Part shown: piece by piece, positions 32,491 to 37,347 of the stretch | Position numbering within the stretch: position 1 is the first letter of the stretch | How the letters are laid out: every line of letters begins with the position of its first letter | IMG/VR virus record: IMGVR_UViG_3300045988_030449 | Span: 1 to 37,347 of that record | Reading direction: 5' to 3' (one strand) | Source: a virus | DNA: 37,347 nucleotides | Made by a program: the position numbers and the translations under genes | The notes under the pieces: model-generated | Database searches by the model: none | What the model saw: only the letters and a program-made list of their open reading frames with translations | Told to the model about the DNA's origin: nothing

Positions 32491-32524
32491 AAAAGCCGCA
32501 CCGCTTCTACTCGGCACGGCTTTT
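32491..32524 (-). terminator. Intrinsic-terminator-like hairpin between the SSB gene and polA
   Basis: The minus-strand RNA reads AAAGCCGUGCCG-AGUAGAA-CGGUGCGGCUUU. That is a ~12-bp stem including 2 G-U pairs, followed by UUUUAACUUU. It lies 23 nt upstream of the polA ATG. Confidence 0.55.
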
Positions 32525-32597
32525 GAGAATCATTTTACACTTGTTTTAACGAGATTGATTAATAATTAATTTAATTGTTTATACTTGAAATAATTGT

Positions 32598-33173
32598 TTA
32601 AAATGGAACGTTCATTCCGAACGGGTCGTCGTTTTCATCACTCAAATCGTCGAAGTCGTTGACGCTTGATCCGCCATCTAGTCTATCATCATCGGTTACT
32701 TTCTGTATTCCGTTCAATCCGGAGGTTATACCGCGGTTGTCGGCGCTCATGTTGTAACCGTAAATTGAGATGGAAGCCACGCCCCAAGAGCCGGAATACA
32801 TATCCTCTTTCACTGTGATCGGGCGTTTACCCTTGTCGATTACGATCGGTTTACCGTGTTCCTCCTTGCGCTTCGCCACGATGTAGTAACATCCTTCATA
32901 CCCGGCTTGTCCTTCTTTCTCCGGCGCATCTCCATCCCGTAATGGGCTTTTAAAATTTGCAGGTACTTGTCCCTTGAATTTTGGGTCCCTTGAAAAATAA
33001 TCCTGTGCTTCTGCCTTAACCGCGTCATTGATTTGCTTAATCAAAGCTGTATCCGTTTTAGGAATCAACAAGGTTACACTGTAATGAAATTCACCCACAC
33101 CTTGATACTGTTCTGCCTCGAAAACTCTTACATAAGAGAAACGTACGTTTTTTAAGATCAATTTTCTACTCAT
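32598..33173 (-). CDS. DUF2815-type single-stranded DNA-binding protein (191 aa)
   Basis: The sequence starts MSRKLILKNVRFSYVRVFEAE and has an acidic tail DDFDDLSDENDDPF ending in F. It lies between a DUF2800-type nuclease and PolA, as in the known DUF2800/DUF2815/PolA module. The ATG lies 32 nt downstream of a TAtcTTTG box. Confidence 0.72.
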   Translation of the reverse strand: MSRKLILKNVRFSYVRVFEAEQYQGVGEFHYSVTLLIPKTDTALIKQINDAVKAEAQDYFSRDPKFKGQVPANFKSPLRDGDAPEKEGQAGYEGCYYIVAKRKEEHGKPIVIDKGKRPITVKEDMYSGSWGVASISIYGYNMSADNRGITSGLNGIQKVTDDDRLDGGSSVNDFDDLSDENDDPFGMNVPF

Positions 33174-33204
33174 AATTTTTAAGATTTTAATTTGTTTCAC
33201 GGTT

Positions 33205-33234
33205 CAAAGATATTGCTTTATTTTAAACTTCAAA
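33205..33234 (-). promoter_or_regulatory. Promoter upstream of the SSB gene (TTTG-N18-TAtcTTTG)
   Basis: On the minus strand TTTG lies at 33234-33231 and TATCTTTG at 33212-33205. The spacer contains the same AAAATAAAG core as the other early promoters. Confidence 0.55.
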
Positions 33235-33272
33235 CCGTTTATGCATTCTTTAATTGTTTTTTTTAACTTCTG

Positions 33273-34436
33273 TTAGCCTTCGATGTCGAAGTCGCAAAGC
33301 GGGCTGTATTCTATTCCCTTAGCACTTTCTGGTACTAATTTAGGTGCGCCGGGCCGCGATTCGATTGCGTCTCCGAACCTCGCGCTAAATACTTTTTTAC
33401 CTAACAGTTTTTCGAGATCGCCGATACCTTTTAGCTTGATGTTTAAAACCTCGTCCTCTAGGTACTCGTTTAATAACTCCTGCCGTACCTTTGCTTCGTC
33501 CGTGATAACTCGGCTTGACCGTCCGGCTACTAGCTTGTAACCCTCCCATTTATGCCCCTGTATCGCTCTATCGTAAACGTACTTATTAACTGATTCGATC
33601 CAGCTTTTGTAAGTGTCGATCTTACCGATAAGGTCGGTTACTTCTTCGTCAGACAATAGAAGAGGATCGGGCTTTTCGTCGAAGTCTGCGAGAATTGCAT
33701 CACGTTGCGCCCTGCATTGGGCTTTAACCGGACAGAATCCGCACCAACTCCCAATAACTTGTTTCCCTTTGCCTTGTATTGCTGCTTTTGCGGCTGGTTT
33801 CAGGACTTTCTCCGCCCAGTCAAGTAACTCACCCTTTGACATCTCAAATGTGTCGAAATGGTCTAATCTGACTTGTGCGATCGTCATTTTGATTTTCGTT
33901 ATGTCCTTCGACGCTGCTGCCTTCAAAGCTCCCAAAGCGTATAACATCATTTGTTCGTTGTGATCGGCGGTCACCTTAACGCCTGCGCCGTACTTCAGAT
34001 CTATAATGTGTATTGTCTTGTCTGACTCAAGCGTAACGTCTACCGATCCGAACGAATCCGGTGCGTAGTCTGTAATGTCTACTTTACGCTCTAGGAACAT
34101 TTTACTCGACCCGTCTGCCTTCTGCATTTCGTAATTTTCACCGATAACGTAATCGCAATAGTCGCGAATGTAATTCGCCATGTCAATACTAAACAGCGGG
34201 TTTTGGAAATGATCCTCTTGGATCGGCAAACCCTCGTCTATGATCGGATCGTATATGCCTTCTAGGTATTGGGTCAAAGCGTGTTCGGCTATTTCGTGGG
34301 CTAATGTGCCCTCTTTGGCGTAAACGCTTGTCTTGCTGCCTGCGGCTTCCGCTAGTAGCGCCGACGGAGTACAATGTATCCATCGTTTCGCGCTACTTGG
34401 CGATAGAATCGCGTGGTCTCTGTCTGCATGTCCCAT
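33273..34436 (-). CDS. DUF2800-type PD-(D/E)XK (Cas4-like) exonuclease (387 aa)
   Basis: It has the N-terminal SPSSAKRWIHCTPS, the core DL.Y (IIDLKYG) and the C-terminal Cys cluster WCGFCPVKAQC. Confidence 0.78.
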   Translation of the reverse strand: MGHADRDHAILSPSSAKRWIHCTPSALLAEAAGSKTSVYAKEGTLAHEIAEHALTQYLEGIYDPIIDEGLPIQEDHFQNPLFSIDMANYIRDYCDYVIGENYEMQKADGSSKMFLERKVDITDYAPDSFGSVDVTLESDKTIHIIDLKYGAGVKVTADHNEQMMLYALGALKAAASKDITKIKMTIAQVRLDHFDTFEMSKGELLDWAEKVLKPAAKAAIQGKGKQVIGSWCGFCPVKAQCRAQRDAILADFDEKPDPLLLSDEEVTDLIGKIDTYKSWIESVNKYVYDRAIQGHKWEGYKLVAGRSSRVITDEAKVRQELLNEYLEDEVLNIKLKGIGDLEKLLGKKVFSARFGDAIESRPGAPKLVPESAKGIEYSPLCDFDIEG

Positions 34437-35002
34437 TATAGACGGCTTGAAATGTATGCAACAAAATCGTTAAACATATCTTCCTTCAACGTCGGGAAAC
34501 TGGACGCGCCTACGCTTTCGAAAGCTTCCTGTACAATCGGACGTTTCTTCGCGTTTAGCGCCTTCATAGCCCACGATTTACAATCGTCGATAGTGTAGGA
34601 TGCTGCGTCACATTTAGGCGCTTTAGGCTCTTCCACGGGTGCCGGTGCGGGTTCTTCAACCTTTGCGGGTTCTTCAACCTTTGCAGGCTCTTCAACGGGT
34701 GCTTGCTCTTCAACGGGTGCTGGCTCTTCTGCCGGTGTGGGTTCTTCTACTGGTGCGGGCTTCGTGGCACGTCTAGCGCGGGTCTTGGCGCGCTCCGACT
34801 CTACCATCTCGGCCACTGTCTTGGGCTTCTCTTCGTCCTTCGCTTTTGTTGCTTCTACAACCGCGTCCGCCAACTTGTCGAGATCGGTTTTATGTTCCGT
34901 TACTTCTGGTACGGCTTCTCCCGCCAGCTCGCGCAAATAGTTAGATGTTGCTAACAAAGATTCTTTACTCTCATTTCCGATTAATTCGATTACTACTTTC
35001 AT
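34436..35002 (-). CDS. Highly acidic early protein with seven P-x-x-V/A-E-E hexapeptide repeats (188 aa)
   Basis: The repeat reads PAPVEEPTPAEEPAPVEEQAPVEEPAKVEEPAKVEEPAPAPVEE and is encoded by 18-nt tandem repeats at ~34626-34760. By rough count E+D far exceeds K+R. Confidence 0.6.
   Translation of the reverse strand: MKVVIELIGNESKESLLATSNYLRELAGEAVPEVTEHKTDLDKLADAVVEATKAKDEEKPKTVAEMVESERAKTRARRATKPAPVEEPTPAEEPAPVEEQAPVEEPAKVEEPAKVEEPAPAPVEEPKAPKCDAASYTIDDCKSWAMKALNAKKRPIVQEAFESVGASSFPTLKEDMFNDFVAYISSRL
34626..34760. repeat. 18-nt in-frame tandem repeat (~7 units, e.g. GGTTCTTCAACCTTTGCG x2)
   Basis: Read directly from the sequence. It encodes the P-x-x-V-E-E hexapeptides of the 188-aa ORF. 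Confidence 0.85.
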
Positions 35003-35178
35003 TTTTTCTTAAAATTAAAAATTGTTTCTAATAGTTCATTTTTGTTCACTCTGATCTTGCCCGTTCCATTCTCATACCGGGTGAGCCTTCCGGCGTTGAG
35101 TTGGTAGCGTATGGCATTTTCGGTGCACTCCGCTAACCGGGCGGCTTCCGCCACTGTGATAAGTTCTACTTTTTCCAT
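34999..35178 (-). CDS. Excisionase/MerR-like HTH DNA-binding protein (59 aa)
   Basis: It is not in the track. The sequence is MEKVELITVAEAARLAECTENAIRYQLNAGRLTRYENGTGKIRVNKNELLETIFNFKKK, which fits the classic HTH_17 pattern. It shares an ATGA overlap with the next gene. Confidence 0.6.
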   Translation of the reverse strand: MEKVELITVAEAARLAECTENAIRYQLNAGRLTRYENGTGKIRVNKNELLETIFNFKKK

Positions 35179-35495
35179 TTCATTTTTTCGTTAAATTTAA
35201 AACTCAATTTGTCAGACGTTCGATAAGTTTGTACGTGATCAGAATAAGCGGCGCGCCGGGCCTGTTCGAAAATAGTTTCGTAACGTTTGGCGTGTGGAAT
35301 TATAAAGCCCCGGATTTTATACTTAAACTTTTTTCCGGCTTCTTCTTCTCGTTGCAAATCTTCGAACACCATTTTCGAATTGCCCGGATAGCCATATAGC
35401 ATTGTAGCCTCGCCTATCGTTTTGCACGCTGTAATCCTCTCCCGTATAATCTTGTAAAAGAACGCTTCTAACTTATAAATGTCTATTGCTGCCAT
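35166..35495 (-). CDS. First early gene, hypothetical (109 aa)
   Basis: ATG ORF downstream of the 35572-35601 promoter. Confidence 0.55.
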   Translation of the reverse strand: MAAIDIYKLEAFFYKIIRERITACKTIGEATMLYGYPGNSKMVFEDLQREEEAGKKFKYKIRGFIIPHAKRYETIFEQARRAAYSDHVQTYRTSDKLSFKFNEKMKWKK

Positions 35496-35571
35496 ATCTA
35501 GTAATGTTTAAAACGATTCTCCGGTATCGGAATAGTTCAACAAATTTAGTTGGTTTCTCATTTCGATATGA

Positions 35572-35601
35572 CAAAGGTACAGCTTTATTTTGAACTACAA
35601 A
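35572..35601 (-). promoter_or_regulatory. Early promoter, Bacteroidota type (TTTG-N18-TAccTTTG)
   Basis: On the minus strand TTTG lies at 35601-35598 and TACCTTTG at 35579-35572. A second -7-like box, TAaaTTTG, lies at 35548-35541. The first ATG is at 35495. Confidence 0.55.
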
Positions 35602-35873
35602 ACTATTTCCCAAAAAACTTTAGTAATTTAACTCTGATTAACGGTTTTGAAGGTTTGATAACGGTGTAAATGAAGAACAGCCCTTTTTAAGCGGATCTTT
35701 ACGCCTTTAACTGCGTGCGTATCAGTTAGTTAAGTGGCAAAAACGGGTGGAATGTAAAAGGTAAGAGATAGTTTTCTATAAAGTTTAAAATCAAATATTT
35801 CTATAAATTCATTCACATATTAATTCATATATTTACATATTTTATATATTATATTACTATTTCATTCTTATCT

Positions 35874-35967
35874 CTATATATCATCTTTACATCTTTTACA
35901 AATGATATATATTATATGGTAAAGTACTATAAATAAGCAGGTTAAGTGTAAAAGATACAAATTTTAA
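35874..35967. repeat. Junction element copy B (conserved core), containing the inverted boxes ATCTTTTACA (35891-35900) and TGTAAAAGAT (35947-35956)
   Basis: It is a direct-orientation homolog of 18351-18440, lying 17,523 bp away. Confidence 0.85.
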
Positions 35968-36062
35968 TCATTCACAAGCAAAAACGCCAACTCATTAAGA
36001 ATCAGCGTTTTAAGTTTTCAAGTGCAAAAGATGAAAAGGCGTTTGTGAAAGATGAAAGGGCG

Positions 36063-36650
36063 TTATTTGTCGAATTCTGCCGAAAATTCTACGTGTATTT
36101 TAGATTTTGGGTTTTTATTCGATACGGTTATAGTTTGTTTCGGTTTCCCGATCCGGAAGAATAAAAAACGCTTTTGTTTGACCGATCCGATCACGTCGAT
36201 CGTGTCGATACTGCTAGATTTTATAATAGTAGTGTCCGGTTTGGATTCAACTTGTATATCATTCCACCCGTCGAAATAGTGCGCAAATCGGTTTTCCGTG
36301 TTTCCGTCCCGGTATTCCGTCTTAACCACGGTGTCCACCTTGGTAACTGTCTCGGCCCTCGTCGCGTTCTTAAGCTCCCTGATCTTTATTCCCGCCTCGC
36401 GTACCTTATTATATAGATCGGCGTTATATAGTTCCAGCTCGTCCTTCTCTAGCTTTAGCTGCCGGGCCTTCTCCGCATAATCGCCCGCCGTAGTCTTGAA
36501 CGCTACGGCCTCGGTGTTAAGCGCGGTGAGGTTGTTTTCCTGCCGTTCTAGCTCTTTATGCTGCCTTTTTATAGTCTTATACGACGCGTACAACAAAATG
36601 GCTAGGAGGACCGCTAAACACACCAATATCTTATTAAGCGTTATTTTCAT
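36063..36650 (-). CDS. Spanin-like / lysis-accessory membrane protein (195 aa)
   Basis: It has an N-terminal TM (ILVCLAVLLAILLYASY) followed by a coiled coil (QHKELERQENNLTALN...KLEKDELELYNADLYNKV). It shares an ATGA overlap with the endolysin stop and is the last gene of the late arm. Confidence 0.5.
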   Translation of the reverse strand: MKITLNKILVCLAVLLAILLYASYKTIKRQHKELERQENNLTALNTEAVAFKTTAGDYAEKARQLKLEKDELELYNADLYNKVREAGIKIRELKNATRAETVTKVDTVVKTEYRDGNTENRFAHYFDGWNDIQVESKPDTTIIKSSSIDTIDVIGSVKQKRFLFFRIGKPKQTITVSNKNPKSKIHVEFSAEFDK

Positions 36651-37048
36651 AGGTGAAGTATTTGGCGTTTCACATTGTTCTTATCGTATGAGATATGCAC
36701 CCATGAAAAATTCTTCTCGTCGATAAGCTGGCAATATGGCAGATTGAGTTCCTGTGCCAGTTCAAAGAGTTTCTTATTCTCCTGTTTGCTTCCCGCTGTA
36801 ATGTCCGCCGCTTGTCCCTTCATGTGCTGCGACGTTTTAGAGCCTTTCACCGCCGCGTTTAGGGCGGGCGATCTATATCCGCTATTAACCCGGATCGGCT
36901 TGCCGTACGCGTCCCGTAGAGGGTCTAGCACGTTATCAACTAACAGTTTCAGATTCTCCGCTGCTTCCGGTGTCGGATCGTTGTTGATCTTCTTCTTCGC
37001 CGCCGCTGTTGCTGACGCGGTTAGCTCCTGGATTGTAAAGTTTCGCAT
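36647..37048 (-). CDS. Endolysin, peptidase M15 (D-Ala-D-Ala carboxypeptidase / VanY-like) family (133 aa)
   Basis: It shows the Zn-peptidase pattern FT..EL...........N.P......NL..L...VLDPLR...G.PI.VNSGYRS..LN..V.GS..SQH..G.AADI......WVHIS. Confidence 0.85.
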   Translation of the reverse strand: MRNFTIQELTASATAAAKKKINNDPTPEAAENLKLLVDNVLDPLRDAYGKPIRVNSGYRSPALNAAVKGSKTSQHMKGQAADITAGSKQENKKLFELAQELNLPYCQLIDEKNFSWVHISYDKNNVKRQILHL

Positions 37049-37347
37049 TTTTCAAATGTTTTATAAAGTCCAAATATTTAGTATTAATCAGCATATCCAG
37101 TACCGCGATAAATTCGTTATCCGGCTGGATCTTCTTGAAGTTACGGATAATATTTTTAGAATACACCAACGCAAATAACGTTGTAAGTAATCGTAATAAG
37201 TCCGTATAGTTCCCTTCCGGCTCTATAAGCCGTGCGGCTGCCGCCGTGAACAGAATCACGATCGCCGCGATCGCATACTCGAAAAAGGCATGGAAAGCCT
37301 TTTTGTGGCTATATTTTTCACCAGCCTTTAAACCTGCAATAAGTCCC
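36936..37347 (-). CDS. Holin-like protein, C-terminal part. This is the same gene as 1..174; bases 37293-37347 duplicate 1-55.
   Basis: The open frame runs ...EKYSHKKAFHAFFEYAIAAIVILFTAAAARLIEPEGNYTDLLRLLTTLFALVYSKN... to a stop at 36936. It overlaps the endolysin start by 113 nt in another frame. Confidence 0.55.
   Translation of the reverse strand, partial: GLIAGLKAGEKYSHKKAFHAFFEYAIAAIVILFTAAAARLIEPEGNYTDLLRLLTTLFALVYSKNIIRNFKKIQPDNEFIAVLDMLINTKYLDFIKHLKNAKLYNPGANRVSNSGGEEEDQQRSDTGSSGESETVS
37293..37347. repeat. 55-nt terminal overlap identical to bases 1-55
   Basis: Exact match read from both ends of the window. Confidence 0.95.

Noticed and set aside
32469-32501. GTG-initiated extension of the polymerase ORF, and similar extensions at 18098-18172 (terS), 24660-24779, 25280-25321 and 27073-27123
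   Set aside because: The extensions begin with GTG or TTG, or run through promoter boxes, a terminator hairpin or separate better-supported small ORFs. The conserved domains begin right after the chosen ATGs.
36174-36480. Embedded o-spanin-type lipoprotein ORF inside the spanin-like gene
   Set aside because: The alternate-frame ORFs in the track here are on the plus strand and lack a signal peptide or lipobox. No minus-strand +1 or -1 frame ORF with a lipobox was seen.
1-37347. Stop-codon reassignment (TAG or TGA recoding), as seen in some gut Bacteroidota phages
   Set aside because: The standard code already yields contiguous, tightly packed full-length ORFs with intact catalytic motifs in both arms. 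No gene appears fragmented by in-frame TAG or TGA.

Overview
The window is a complete tailed-phage genome. Bases 1-55 are identical to 37293-37347, so the unit length is 37,292 bp, either a circular assembly or a terminal redundancy. All of the roughly 53 convincing genes lie on the minus strand, and one gene (holin-like) runs through the contig junction.

Read in the direction of transcription (high to low coordinates), the layout is:
- Early/replication arm (35601 to 18699). It holds small early genes with an HTH protein, a DUF2800-type PD-(D/E)XK nuclease, a DUF2815-type SSB, a family-A DNA polymerase, a primase/VirE-type helicase, a run of small unknown genes, VRR-NUC, a Dam-like N6 MTase, an SNF2 helicase and a C5 cytosine MTase.
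- Late arm (18127 through the junction to 36063). It holds TerS, TerL, a beta-helical fibre/spike, a BACON-repeat tail protein, a tape-measure-like protein, a scaffold/protease candidate, the major capsid protein, three tandem paralogous ~180-aa structural genes and a portal-like gene. It ends with holin, M15 endolysin and a spanin-like lysis cassette.

I saw no integrase, repressor, reverse transcriptase, tRNA or CRISPR array. The standard genetic code gives gap-free packing.

Several promoters fit the Bacteroidota TTTG-N18/19-TAnnTTTG architecture. Together with the BACON-like repeats, this points to a Bacteroidota host (inference).

The least explained signals are non-coding:
- Two ~0.45-0.55-kb AT-rich gaps sit exactly at the two module junctions. 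They share a ~90-230-bp homologous element built around inverted TGTAAAAGAT boxes.
- A tandemly duplicated cassette pairs a GC-hairpin leader with a mini winged-helix-like ORF.

All protein family calls are by-eye motif recognition, not database searches.
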